Source: Haliotis cracherodii
Lineage: Eukaryota
NCBI RefSeq assembly: GCF_022045235.1
Contig: NW_027266297.1
Coordinates: 26,102,001 to 26,166,000 of the forward strand
Length of the DNA stretch: 64,000 nucleotides
Direction: 5' to 3'
Position 1 is the stretch's first letter. Every line of letters begins with the position of its first letter. A program made the translations under genes and the position numbers. The notes under the pieces are model-generated. The model saw only the letters and a program-made list of their open reading frames with translations, searched no databases and had not been told where the DNA came from. Below, piece by piece: positions 49,740 to 63,620 of this stretch.

Positions 49740-50084
49740 TAACGACCCCCTAGCGTCAATAAGATGGCGACTGTATAAGTAATAATTATACGCGAGCGAC
49801 ACACCCGTAAGTCACAATGAGTTACGTAGTGACTGTGACGCGCCAATAAGCAACAATACCCTGAAACTTTCCCTTCCGAAACATGCGCCGTGAACCATTT
49901 TGACTTTAACAAATCGAATGATGGTGACTTCACAGTTGCACAATGCAGTGGAAGTTTGAGACAGACAAGTCTATGCTTCTATGTACCTAAATAACAAAGT
50001 AATAGTGTTTCTTATTTACTAACATCACTTGCGGTTTAGGGTTTCGGAAAACATATGCCTAATGCAATACAACTATCTTCCCGA

Positions 50085-50250
50085 GTGAGTGAGTGAGTAT
50101 GGTTTTACGCCGCTTTTAGCAATATTCCAGCAATATTACAGCGGAGGACACCAGAAATGGGCTTCACACAATGTACCAATGTCGGGAATCGAACCCGGGT
50201 CTTCGGCGTGACGATCGAACGCTTTAACCACTATGCTACCCGACCGCCCC
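50085..50250 (-). mobile_element. tRNA-derived SINE family A
   Basis: Full copy; TSD TATCTTCCCGA. Confidence 0.88.
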
Positions 50251-50253
50251 AAT

Positions 50254-50461
50254 ATCTTCCCGAAGCCAGGGAGTTAACTGACACATCACCCGCATTTCCT
50301 TCAAACAATATGGCGGCGCCTAGTTAAGACGATCTGATTGATAATCAAGATCTATATTGTAATAAAACGGGTCTTACCTCGCGTAGTTCATAAAATCATT
50401 TGTTCGGCAAGGGTTGAAATTGGACTTTTATAGTCTGTTAACTCCCTTGCCTCGGGAAGAT
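50254..50461. mobile_element. ~200-bp MITE
   Basis: TIR ATCTTCCCGAAGCCAGGGAGTTAAC / GTTAACTCCCTTGCCTCGGGAAGAT. Confidence 0.65.
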
Positions 50462-51697
50462 GAATACAACTTTGAAACAGAAAGTCATTTGACTCTAGAT
50501 ATCATAATTAAAAAAATATAAGGTTTCCGGTTTAAATACATTAATTCCGGATAAGGAAACTTAACATACCACTTTGAAACATAACAACAATGAGCTGCCT
50601 ACAGACCCTGTATTTATAATGTCAAATCCAATTCTAAATGCTCAAGGTGTGTTTACATGTAGTTTGTAAGATCTACTTGCTACCGAGTGGCCTTGACCTT
50701 CATCGTCCTCCAATCACAAGCGAAAACATTTCGTGTTAGGTGTTGTATACATATGAATCCCTATACCTTACCAATAATACTTCCAGAATATAACTGTTTA
50801 CATGCCGTTTCATAAGTGAATGACCTTTTTAGTGAGTGACCTTGACATTTGACACAATAATGTCATATGATAGGTGGTGAGTTAGTTACTTAGGCTTCTT
50901 CTTAATGTCTGAAAAAAATCTCTGGGTTTTCACGAATTAATCCGAAATTTCGTGAAATTTGAATAATTCTTTTAATATTTGGACCACAAGTGTCCTTGAC
51001 CTTATATGAATGTCACCCAAAAGTTCGTGGCCCCTTCATAGAGATCATGTATACTACGTTTAGTCAAATATTTTTTAAAAATACTCAAGTTGTGATGTAC
51101 ACAAGTCTGTATGATGTCCAGCGTGTTACATAGGAGAACATTACAATCATAAATGCTTAATTTATCGAGTACACAAGTTCTAATGTCGTCGAGTTTATAT
51201 TAAATTCATACTTGTTTGATTCCGTTTGATTTTGTCTTCAATTCAAAGTTTTATAACGAAAAAAAGTAACAGTGGTTCATATAAAAAAATAAATGCATTT
51301 GAAATTAAATAATGCATATTTCAAAACATGTTCATGAAGGCATCTTCTCGACTTTAAGGTCGTGATTCACAGTTTGCATGTGCATGTTTATGCACGGAAC
51401 ACAATTTGGATGTTTGCATGTTTGTTGGGAGCATGTTACTCACAAACGTGTATTTTTTAATGCGAACAGAACACAATGTGATTTAACTATTAGGTGGTCG
51501 TAAAACATTTTTGTTTAACGGTAAATAACGCTTACGAAATGCCACGGCTTGTTGAAAATCAATGTCTACGCGCTTTGGATATGCTGCAAACAGAATGAAC
51601 GAAGTTGCCAGATATTTTTTAATGTTCATCGAAACACAGTATCATCTTTTGAAGACGTTATCTACAGCAGAGCAATGCTCATGACTTACCATGGACT

Positions 51698-52304
51698 CAA
51701 TCTCATCAAAATCAGATCTTAGTTCTCGCTTTCGCTGAACAAAGATCTGAGGACATTCCATTACGCGTCACGTCAGAACGACCTTTCATCCGACCAATCA
51801 AAGCGTCGCTTACAAGATCATGAAAGTGACAGTCGGAATGTGTTTTCTAATCATGCAACCTCGAAAACGTTAACACGGGGCATTCCGAACGACAGTTACG
51901 GCCCATACAACTGATTCCGTCAAAATTATCGTCTGTCTCTGACTTCCGTGGGATAAACGTTTAAACGGAGGAGGCGATGCACAGTACGTGGGAAGCACTG
52001 CCATACAATTTCAACCATATATCAGACATTCAGGAATGTTCGTTTGTTCAGTTTTCAAAATTTTAATCGAGAACTGTGTCAACATATTTTTCAAGCGTAG
52101 TCTGAAATGGAAGTCGCCAGGTTGAAACGAGTGCCGTAAAGCCCGAGAAAGCTGATTTCTAATTGGCTGATGTTGACTTTTTGTTAGTCATTTCAGTGGT
52201 CGGTCAAAGTTCGCGAAAGGTCGTTCTGACGTGACCCGTAATGGGATGTCCTCAGATCTTTGTTTTGCGGTAGCGAGAAGTTAGATCTGATTTTAATGAG
52301 ATTG
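51698..52304. mobile_element. Second copy of the MULE-like MITE, inserted in a Tc1 transposase
   Basis: Same TIRs as 4357-4860; degenerate 9-bp TSD CCATGGACT / CCACAGACC. Confidence 0.8.
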
Positions 52305-52551
52305 CCACAGACCGGTCGTCCACGTGTGACGTCACGTCAACAAGACAACCATATTCGGTTTTTGCATTTGCGGAATCGAAACCAAACTGCCATATTAACA
52401 GCTCAGAACCGTAGGCAACCGAGGGAGTACAACATCCGGCCCCGACTTCCAGCGATATGCCCAACTTTGATTAGCGTTTGCCTGGTTTGGTGTTAAAGAA
52501 ACAAGAATGGGACAGCATACTGTTCGCTGATGAGTTCAGGTTTCACCTGGA

Positions 52552-52688
52552 GTGAGTGAGTATTGTTTTACGCCTCTTTTAGCAATATTCCAGAAATGGG
52601 CTTCACACATTGTACCCATGTCGGAAATCGAACCCGGGTCTTCGGCGTGACAAACGAACGCTTTAACCACTAGGCTACCCGACCGCCC
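52552..52688 (-). mobile_element. tRNA-derived SINE family A inside the Tc1 remnant
   Basis: TSD TTTCACCTGGA / TTTCATCTGGA. Confidence 0.85.
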
Positions 52689-53239
52689 TTTCATCTGGAT
52701 AGCTCTGATGGTCGTGCAAGGGTCTACAGTCGTCCAGGAGAATGTTTTAGATACGCTTGCGTTACTCAGCCTCGTCAGTTAGGGGGTGCAAGTGTAATAG
52801 TATGGTGTGGCATCACAACTCATGGGAGAACACAACTCCTCATTGCTAATGACAATTTGAATGGCGTACGCAATCGGGACGACATCGTCATGATCATGTT
52901 CTACCCTTTCTTCAAACGCAGGAACGTGACGTCACGTTGCAGCAGGATAAAACCCACCCACACGTTGCACGTTTTAAAACCGACTTTTTGAGGCGGCTTA
53001 ACATTACTGTACTGTCATGGGCGGCTGTGTCTCAAGACCTCTCCCCAATAGAATGTGTCTGGGATGAGATAGATCGACGCCCACGACAGGACCAGATCGC
53101 TGTAACGCTAGCTCAGTTGGGCCAATCTTTGGTTGGCATTTGAAACAACACCCCCCGGGCTGGTTTTCTGGTGTCTGCAACGCTCCTACTCTGCCTTCGC
53201 CTATCACAACCAATATTGACGTTGTGAATAAATTGTTAC

Positions 53240-53450
53240 ACCACCCCTCTTTTAAGGCGTGTCTTTCTGTCTTCTGTTCCCAGGGATGGCTTTTGTCAAT
53301 GATTTCGTTATGATAGAACATTAATCAGCCGAATGACCAAACATTTTGATGTTATCTTAAATAACATAAAACTTACACAGCTTTATATGGAGCACAGTTA
53401 CTTTCTCCGTTAGTATATACCTAAAGTAATGTTAAGCCCAGAGTAATCCG
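53240..53450. repeat. ~210-bp direct duplication with 57530-57742
   Basis: Near-identical CCACCCCTCTTTTAAGGCGTGTC...CCAGAGTAATCCGT. Confidence 0.9.
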
Positions 53451-54553
53451 TTTTAAAAAAAAGGCCCCCGCTTTAACGGTATTTTTCCAACTGCATGCAA
53501 CCGGATGTGACGTTGACAAGCCGAGTGGACCCGAGTGAACCCGTGTGGGCCCGAGTGGTGTTCTCGTAGATAATTTGAGATACGAGAGTTGTGCCCCCCA
53601 TATAGCCACATGAGAGGAGAGAAACGGGAGTCGAACCCACAATCATAGGTTTCTGGCGTGCCCTCGGGACGCAAATATGCACAGCGAATTGTGGCGCCTT
53701 AGACAACAGGGCCACCGTGCCCTATTAGATTGAGAGAAAGAGTTGGATTTAATGAAGCACCAATTGTATCGTGGTGTGTGGGAAGAAAGTCAGGTCTCAG
53801 ATGTTTGCCACTCTGGGCGTCCACCCGGAGAGCGGAAGGTCGGTTAAAAGACGTTAATGGAGGGTGCTTGTTGTTACCCTGCCGGGAGCATCTCAGTACA
53901 CTGTAGGCGTGTTTGCGCGCGTCGAACCATGTTCTGTTTAACGTATTAAGACTAAACTGAAACCTGCATTATGTTATGTACTTAAATCCTAGAACAATTT
54001 CTTTTCTAGATACATTTCCTTATTTTACTGTTATATACTGCAATACCAATAGTATATACTGTTTTAACTATTAGGTGGTCGTAAAACATTTTTGTTTGAC
54101 GGTAAGTAACGCTTACGCAATGCCACGGCTTGTTGTCTACGCGCCTTGGATATGCTGCAAACAGGAATGAAGGCAGTTGCCAGATATTTTATTTCTAGGT
54201 GTAGGCGACGTGATTAATTATCTACACGAATAATACAATTGTTAGCATGCAAAGTGGATTTTGATTCTTTAAATTACATTTGCTCGGATTCCATCGATGC
54301 CAGAGCAATATCTCCATGTACATCGCCGAGAATCGGAGTTCGTATTCCACTGAGAAACAATTTGGCGGTTTGTGTTAATTTTACCGTTTGCATATGTACA
54401 TTTGGAAAACCCATCCCGCATCTTGATTCCAGCTTAGTGTACATGCTGCAAACATACTCATGAATAATGCCACTCTTTCCGCTCACAAACCTCATGTATT
54501 GTAACATTATGACTTTATAAATCTCAACTGCAAAAGTCAAATTGTGTTCTAAC

Positions 54554-54617
54554 CTGCATCAAACTGCGCTGACGCTCCAGACATCAAGGACGCCACCGCA
54601 CACACAAGCAACATCAT
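54554..54617 (-). CDS. Polyamine oxidase exon 1 (signal peptide MMLLVCAVASLMSGASA-QFDA)
   Basis: ATG ATG TTG CTT GTG TGT GCG ... GAT GCA G|gttaga. The phase-1 donor completes G+AT = Asp of DVLILGAG. Hydrophobic core with an A-S-A cleavage site. Joined CDS is 1503 nt / 500 aa. Confidence 0.8.
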
Positions 54618-54660
54618 CTTCAGTATTGTAAGATTCCGCTTCGACCTCCTAAATATGTTC

Positions 54661-54666
54661 TTTATA
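54661..54666 (-). promoter_or_regulatory. Candidate TATA box of the polyamine oxidase gene
   Basis: TATAAA on the - strand about 45 nt upstream of the exon-1 ATG. Confidence 0.45.
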
Positions 54667-57600
54667 CCTGTTGCAGAACACAGACAGTAATCAAGATGGC
54701 GGTAAATGCACACGACCACAGGACAGTGATTCTAATGTATGTTGCAACAGCCTTGGAAGTCTTAGTCAAACCGGTTTGTGTCCGGATGGGCTGTGAATAT
54801 GCTGAAAAGCATTGTTCACCTCCACAATGGCCTATCTGAATATGCATCGATTTCAGTCGCCTATGACGGTACATAATGTGCTCTTAAAATAACATGCGTT
54901 TTTTTATCTGATGAAAGCCAATGCTGTGGGTGTTTATTTCAACCTAACCGGTACGTAACGTTTCCCCTTTGGTTGATAATACACACCGGTTGAGAAGAAT
55001 GTGGGAACCACATACACTCACTCACTCTTGAAGAGATATTTCCGCTTATATCGTTACTGTTATTCAGATGTCAGTCATTCTAAATACAAATAATGGTATA
55101 CATTGCTGTCCATGACGGCATGACATCTACCGGAGAAATGTTATATGTTACTATTGGATATAAAGTTTGGTAAAGTTAATTTGGCATCAAAATTGAAATG
55201 TATGTTATTTAGATTGGGTTTGGTTGGGAGAATCAGTATAATGACAGTATAAATGCATTCCTACCAGAATGTTTTGATACAGACAGATGCATTTATCGTC
55301 AAGCTCGTAATGCATCTCCGTCACTCCGACCGAAAACATTAGGTTATTCTTTGAATATTTGTTTGTTTGTTTGTTGTTTGATGGTTAACACCGCACACTC
55401 AGCAATATTCCTGCTATATGACGGCAGTCTGTAAATAATCGAATCTGGACCAGACAATCCATGTGCAGTGACAGACATCATGAGCATCGATATACGCAAT
55501 TGGGATACGATGACATGCATCAACCAAGTCAGCGAGCCTGACCACCCGATCCCGTTAGACGCCTCTTACGACAAGGAAAGTCGCCTTTTTACACGTCAGG
55601 CACGTCACCGTATGATCATGATGTCAATCACTGGATTGTCTGGTCCAGACCGCCGTCATATAGCTGGAATATTTCTGAGTGCGGCGTTAAACAACAATTC
55701 TACCATGATTTTGGAATTTACTCGAGTCGGATTGGTCAATCGAGGCTATTAAATCACAATAAACCCCCTCTGATTGAAACAGCTGGTTTGAAGGCCGCAT
55801 CACCGCGGAAGCTCATATTCATAAAAATAGTACATTTTTCTTGTCTTGTCGGTAGGCATATATAAATGATTATATCTACAACTATAAATTACAAAATGCA
55901 AAGTGGCGGTTACTACAATATTCAAAGGATGCGTGGCAATACATTTCGTGCAGAAAACACGATATAAAACCATAGAGAGAATGTATTTTAAATTTTGAGG
56001 AGAATAGGTAAGCTGGGCCCCGTCTCTAATATCACAATATACACAAGTTGACGACGCGCATAAGGAGCCGGGAACCAGCTTACTTAGAAAATAGCGAGAC
56101 TGAATTTGGCCCTTTTCTATATACAACTGTGACGTCAAATCTTTTGCGTCACAATGCGCGATAGGACGTCATAATGGTGACGTGCATTGTAGAACGAAAG
56201 CTTTGCAAACCTTGCTTAGTTTTCTTTAGGTGTGCCCACCTCATGTTAGTTTCCAAGTTGCCGTGCTTTTATGCTTTCAATGCCTGCCATATGTTCGAGT
56301 GATGTATTACGGTGTAAACAAACTGTGGCCTACCTTTAGAATACAGTACCACAAACCTTTAAAACACGTGACAATACCCTATGACGAAATTTGTAGCATT
56401 TTGTTGCAAGTCACACCGGCGAAACAATGCCCTGTGACGTCAAGGGTCATCGTGTGTGCATAAGCCTCCCATCTCTACACGCAATGTCATTGAATACGCC
56501 CAGCGGTGTTGAGAGTTTTGAATATTTGTTTCACAGTGTGGACGTAGCTCAGTCGGTTTGCTGTCGGGCTATAGTCTACTAACAATCTGAAGGTCGCGAG
56601 TTCGCGTCCGACGGATTCTCATTAAAACTCGCAACTTGTCTTTGAGACATATGTGACCTACGGCAGAGATCGTCCTCACGAGAAGTTGTGGTACTGTATT
56701 CTCAACCCATGCCGCTTCACTCAATATATTTATTAGCACCAAAGAGTTCGCGTTTTAATTAGTCATGGTAGAATGGAGATAAAACATACTGTGTTTTCAA
56801 TGTAGAGCTAGGTTACCTGTAGATTTAACCTCGCTAAATTGAATTTGGAACCGAACGCCCATTATCTACCAGACAAACAAACAAGATGGGATGGCCTCCT
56901 TGTTAAGCCCACGAGAAACGTGCAAAATGTGGCGTCACACGACTTGCTCACGAGTTGTTTGATCAGTTGCAACATTCAAAGCCTTACTACAGCTTTCAAA
57001 GCGTTTATTGTAGACACATAAGGGACATTTTCAAATTTGACGCAGTGAATAATAGTTGTCTGATGCAATTCCCTATTTTGACTCGTACCATAACATGTTC
57101 CCCTTGTTTTTCAGGTGAATTGACTGCCTTTTCATGTTTTGTTAAAGCCTAAGTCACACTTGCGTTAAATAACGTACCTAAGCGTAGACAAATCTTACGC
57201 AGTGTAACGGGGGGCAGGCTAAAACGGCACCTCAGCAAAACGTCACCGATTTCTCTGGCGAAAACGGCACCGCATTTGGCGAAAACGGCTACTATGAGTC
57301 GGGCGAAAACGGCACCTCTATTTTTAATAACGATAACAACGATTTTTGTAGTAATATATATGGTTTATTTACATGGTATTTTATTAGTAATGTATTTACA
57401 TTTCCTCTTTTCAGAGATATAAGTAAATATAGGGTTTATTTACATAGTATTTGATTGGTGATTTACATTGTATTTCCTCTTTTCAGTAAATATGTTCATA
57501 TATACATGTCCATCTTCATCATCTCCTCCACCACCCCTCTTTTAAGGCGTGTCTTTCTGTCTCCTGTCCCCAGGCATGGCTGTTGTCAATGATTGTGTTA

Positions 57601-58336
57601 TGATAGAACATTAATCAGCCGAATGACCAAACATTTTGATGTTATCTTATATAACATAAAACTTACACAGCTTTATATGGAGCACAGTTACTTTTTTCCG
57701 TTAGTATATACCTAAAGTAATGTTAATCCCAGAGTAATCCGTCTTCAAACGTATCCATACGTGCTTCATCGTAGCTGTCCGTGTGCGTGAACAACAGATA
57801 GCCACGTAAGCTGACATTTTTGTTGACGTAGTAGTAACTGAGTTTAATGTAGTTAGATGTAGTTTGCGGTAGTTATAACCATAGTCTACTATAGCCAAAC
57901 GTAACGAACGTCGTAGTTATCAAGGCATAAAATATCTACGAACAACTACGGTAAACTACATCTTAGTAGGGGCACAAGTCCGTCTAACTTCGTTTAACTT
58001 CACATGACCCGGATATACTACACTACATTTATCTTATTGACATTAAAGATCGTTTCAGTACAGTGAACTAAGTATTTGTACAGTAATCTACGTTTTGAAA
58101 ATGCTATATCACGTCTTGCTAGGCGTGCTCTTAGCAATATTCCAGCAATATCACGGCGGGGGGACACCAGAAATGGGCTTCACACATTGTACCCATGTCG
58201 GGAGTAAGTTAAAGTAAGTTAAATACGTTTAACTAAATTAAACTAAGATAAACTACAGATAACCAGGTAGCAAGTATGGGTTGATACACGTGATATTTAT
58301 AACCCATGATGATATCAGTCTGATCATTTGTTGTCT

Positions 58337-58613
58337 GAGTGGGTGAGTTGGGTTTAACGCCGCTTTTAACATTATTCCAGTTACATCACAACGCGTCAGC
58401 TTGTTGTGGAAGGAAAACCCCAAGTGATGCAGGTCCCAGATGTTTACCACTTCGGTGAAACCCACGAGCACGGGTATGGTGCTGACAAACATAGAAACAT
58501 AATCGGGGCGAACCGGGATTCGAACCCACATTCATAGGTTTCTGGCGTGCCCAAGGGACGCAACTCTGCACAGCGAATCGCGGCGCCTTAGACGACTTGG
58601 CCACCCATGCCCC
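58337..58613 (-). mobile_element. tRNA-derived SINE family B
   Basis: Full copy in reverse orientation. Confidence 0.88.
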
Positions 58614-58640
58614 TATTTGTCTGAACTCTGCAGACACAAC

Positions 58641-59908
58641 ATGAGTGATAGAAGAGTAAATATGATTCGGTTCTGGGCTGTTGTCAACAAAGAGCTGCTA
58701 TGTTATGCCCAGTGTCTCATGCAATTTGAAGAGGACGAAGAGAAGCAGAGAAAACAGAGAGAATGGTGGGCTCGTGACTGGCTTCGGCGCAGATCAATCC
58801 ATGGTCAGTATGACGCCGTGATGGAAGCATTACAACTTGAGGATCCTGAAGCTTTCATGAACTTTCTGCGCTTGGACATGGCCACATTCCATGAACTGTT
58901 AGCAAGGGTAGAGGACCGTCTCACTAAGAATAGGACCCGATGGCGTGATCCTGTGTCCCTGTGACATTAAGGTTCTTGGCTACTGGAGACTCATACCACT
59001 CACTGATGTATAATTTTAGACTTGCTCACACCATCTCAGGAATGATTGTTTCCGTGTGTAAGGCTATTTTGGATGTCATGGAAGCCGAGGTTATGAAGAC
59101 TCTTATCGAACCCCAAGATTGGTTACAAGTGGCAGAGAGATTTCAAGGGAGATGGCAATTTCCACATGTCTTGGGTGCTCTTGATGGCAAGCATATCGCC
59201 ATAAAAAAACTTTGAATTCAGGCTCTACGTATTATAACTACAAGGGGTTCTGCTCCATTTTATTAATGGGCCTGGTTGATGCAGATTACAAATTCCGATG
59301 GATTCAGGTTGGTGATGTTCGGTCTAGGTCCGATAGCCAAATATGGAACCACTGTGCCCTCCACCAATCAATACAACGGGTAATCTTAGGTATACCAGAT
59401 GCAGAGCCTTTACCATTTGATGACGTTGATATACCTTATTACATCATTGCAGATGATGCCTTTGCCATGCAGAGTCGGCTAATGAAACCATTCTCTCGCC
59501 GGGGACTGGCACATCATGAGCTAGTTTTCAATTATCGCCTTTCGAGATCGCCGTGTGGTTGAGAATGACTTTGAGATACTCGTAAACAGATTCAGGTGTC
59601 TGCTTAGCACTCTCCAGGTTCAGGTAGATACTGCATCTTTGATAGTGAGAACGTGTGTGGTGCTGCACAACTACTTCAGAGAAAGGAACCCCTCCTATGA
59701 TGTCATGATCCTGGACAAGGAAGATACAAACCACAACTTAGTTCCTGGTGCCTGGATGGACACAGCCGACTTGGAGGACATGAATCACACTTATTGGGAT
59801 AACCGTGACACAGTAGCAGCCAAGAAACAGCGGATTTACCTGAAACATTACCTTTGCTCACCCGCAGGGTCGGTTCCATGGCAGGGTACACATCTTCGCC
59901 AATACTGA
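58641..59908 (+). pseudogene. PIF/Harbinger (HARBI1-like) transposase pseudogene
   Basis: WWARDWL, FMNFLRLD, TLRFLATG, GALDGKHI, YYNYKGF, VDADYKF, ADDAF, FNYRLSR, VENDF, CVVLHN; three frameshifts. Confidence 0.9.
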
Positions 59909-61121
59909 ATCGTTGTTGAACGTCCAATTTAAGGGCAAGGTGAAGAACCATGTTTTACTCTTTTAAGTTAATGCCCTTGTACCAGCTTTCATTAAAATAT
60001 CAGACCTGTGCATTTGTATTTGTTTGTGTCCTTGTAGTTTTGTTATAATCAAGACTAAACAACAACAAACAATAATGATGTTACAAAAATATATAATTTA
60101 CAAAGTAATTTAACACCTTTCTTTTCAAAATATGGTACTTGGAATTAATGATTTTGAAAGAAACTCTCATGTTAAATAAAGGCATATTATAACATAAACA
60201 AGATAAAGGTGATTTGGACAGACAAATTCTTTTGAAATTATATCTTTATCAGAATGTTACATTTGATTATGCCAACTCATGAACCAAAGGAGCTGCATGA
60301 AGTCAAAATTATTGTTTGGTTTCAGACTAAAATCATCATCTGAGTTTTCTTCATGAAATGAAAACTATTTACCTCATTAAGTAGTAAAATTGTCATGTTC
60401 GAGTTTTTGATCGAAACAAATAGTCATATTTATTATGACCACACACCCTTTTTGCACGTGCTATAAGGTATCAAAATTTGATCTTTGCAGCCAAAATGTA
60501 GATAACGACCCAAAAGGTCTGACCCTCCTTTTCACCCCTTAAATTTCCACAAAATGATCTCAGATTTTGCGTGAATACTAAGCAAAGATGTCTCTATCAA
60601 AATATTTGAAAACCTTTAAAGGGTAAGATATATAGTTTGTTATACTACCTACTTTAAATGGGGGAGCTATGGCCAAAAACGTTGAAAGGTCAACGCACTT
60701 TTGGCAGTCGGTGAAATTCACAAACACAGTTAACAATACGCCACGCCGAAGACCCGGCTTCGATTCCCGACATTGGTACAATGTGTGAAGCCCATTTCTG
60801 GTGTCCTCCGCCGTGATATTGCTGGAATATTGCTAAAAGCGGCGTAAAACCATACTCACTCACTCACTTCAACGCTCTCCCCATTTAACAACTCATAATT
60901 TTCACACCTCCCTCTCCTCACTGCTCTCCCTGCATCATCTTACCAACCAACCAACCAACCAACCAACCTACCTACTCTTCTTTGCTGAAGTTCATGTAGT
61001 CCAGCAAGAGAGATTTTATGCCCGTTTCCTAAGGTTCATTGAAAGTATGTATGAAACATAACATTGTTGACAAATATTGTTTCAGATCACAATTTCGGTT
61101 AAGAAGCTGGATAGAAGCCCG

Positions 61122-61166
<45 letters not shown>

Positions 61167-61199
61167 ACACTCTCAACACTCTCTCCGATTAACTTTCTT

Positions 61200-63620
61200 T
61201 ACCAATCAACACTTTTCACAACCAACACTTACTGCTCTCCCCATATCACCCTTACCAACCACCCAACACTTATTGCTCTCCCCATATCACCTTTACCATC
61301 CAACCAACTCTTACTGCTCTCCCCATATCACCTTTACCATCAACCAACACTTACTGCTCTCCCCATATCACCCTTACCAACCAACACTTACTGCTCTCCC
61401 CATATCACCTTTACCAACCAACACTTATTGCTCTCCCCATATCACCTTTACCATCAACCAACACTTACTGCTCTCCCCATATCACCTTTACCATCAACCA
61501 ACACTTACTGCTCTCCCCATATCACCTTCACCAACCAACCAACACTTATTGCTCTCCCCATATCACCCTTACCAACCAACACTTACTGCTCTCCCCATAT
61601 CACCTTTACCAACCAACACTTATTGCTCTCCCCATATCACCTTTACCATCAACCAACACTTACTGCTCTCCCCATATTATCTTTACCAACCAACCAACTC
61701 TTACTGCTCTCCCCATATCACCTTTACAACCAACACTTATTGCTTTCCCCATATCACCTTTACCATCCAACCAACACTTACTGTTCTCCCCATATCACCT
61801 TTACCAACCAGCCAACACTTACTGCTCTCCCCATATCACCTTTACAACCAACACTTATTGCTCTCCCCATATCACCCTTACCAACCAACACTTACTGCTC
61901 TCCTCATATCACCTTTACCATCAACCAACACTTACTGCTCTCCCCATATCACCTTTACCAACCAGCCAACACTTACTGCTCTCCCCATATCACCCTTACC
62001 AACCAACACTTATTGCTCTCCCCATATCACCTTTACCATCAACCAACACTTACTGCTCTCCCCATATCACCTTTACCAACCAGCCAACACTTACTGCTCT
62101 CCCCATATCACCTTTACCAACCAACCAACACTTACTGCTCTCCCCATATCACCCTTAACAACCAACACTTATTGCTCTCCCCATATCACCTTTACCATCA
62201 ACCAACACTTACTGCTCTCCCCATATCACCTTTACCAACCAGCCAACACTTATTGCTCTCCCCATATCACCTTTACCAACCAACCAACACTTACTGCTCT
62301 CCCCATATCACCCTTACCAACCAACACTTATTGCTCTCCCCATATCACCTTTACCATCAACCAACACTTACTGCTCTCCCCATATCACCTTTACCAACCA
62401 GCCAACACTTACTGCTCTCCCCATATCACCTTTACCAACCAACACTTATTGCTCTCCCCATATCACCTTTACTATCAACCAACACTTACTGCTCTCCCCA
62501 TATCACCTTTACCATCAACCAACACTTACTGCTCTCCCCATATCTCCTTCATCAACCAACCAACACTTATTGCTCTCCCCATATCACCCTTACCAACCAA
62601 CACTTACTGCTCTCCCCATATCACCTTTACCAACCAACACTTATTGCTCTCCCCATATCACCTTTACCATCAACCAACACTTACTGCTCTCCCCATATTA
62701 CCTTTACCAACCAACCAACTCTTACTGCTCTCCCCATATCACCTTTACCAACCAACACTTATTGCTCTCCCCATATCACCTTTACCATCAACCAACACTT
62801 ACTGCTCTCCCCATATTACCTTTACCAACCAACCAACTCTTACTGCTCTCCCCATATCACCTTTACAACCAACACTTATTGCTCTCCCCATATCACCTTT
62901 ACCATCCAACCAACACTTACTGTTCTCCCCATATCACCTTTACCAACCAGCCAACACTTACTGCTCTCCCCATATCACCTTTACAACCAACACTTATTGC
63001 TCTCCCCATATCACCTTTACCATCCAACCAACACTTACTGCTCTCCTCATATCATCTTTACCAACCAACACTTACTGCTCTCCCAAAATCACCTTTACAA
63101 CCAACACTTATTGCTCTCCCAAATCACCTTTACCATCCATCCCATATCACCTTTACCATCCAACACTTATTGCTCTCCCCATATCACCTGTACCAACCAA
63201 CACTTATTGCTCTCCCCCATATCACCTTTACAACCAACACTTATTGCTCTCCCCATATCACCTTTACAACCAACACTTACTGCTCTCCCCATATCACCTT
63301 TACAACCAACACTTATTGCTCTCCCAAATCACCTTTACCATCCATCCCATATCACCTTTACCATCCAACACTTATTGCTCTCCCCATATCACCTTTACAA
63401 CCAACACTTATTGCTCTCCCCATATCACCTTTACAACCAACACTTATTGCTCTCCCCATATCACCTTTACAACCAACACTTACTGCTCTCCCCATATCAC
63501 CTGTACCAACCAACACTTACTGCTCTCCCCATATCACCTTTACAACCAACACTTACTGCTCTCCCCATATCACCTTTACAACCAACACTTACTGCTCTCC
63601 CAATATCATCTTTACCAACC
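61200..63620. repeat. C/A-rich minisatellite (about 35-43-bp variable unit)
   Basis: Core CCAACACTTA(C/T)TGCTCTCCCCATATCACCTTTA with variable ACCA linkers. Confidence 0.97.

Larger units (their letters stand above)
51539..53143 (+). pseudogene. Old Tc1 transposase remnant interrupted by a MITE and a SINE
   Basis: MPRLVEN..., TGRPRVTSRQQDNHIRFLHLRNR, LFADEFRFHL, VWCGIT, QQDKTHPH, WAAVSQDLSPIECVW. Confidence 0.8.

Noticed and set aside
1233-54617. Both reconstructed genes are exactly 1503 nt / 500 aa, and one is a pseudokinase while the other may be a pseudo-oxidase
   Set aside because: Coincidence; no sequence relationship or evidence of functional linkage.
58617-59908. Domesticated HARBI1 gene
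   Set aside because: Multiple frameshifts and small deletions; a decayed transposon copy.
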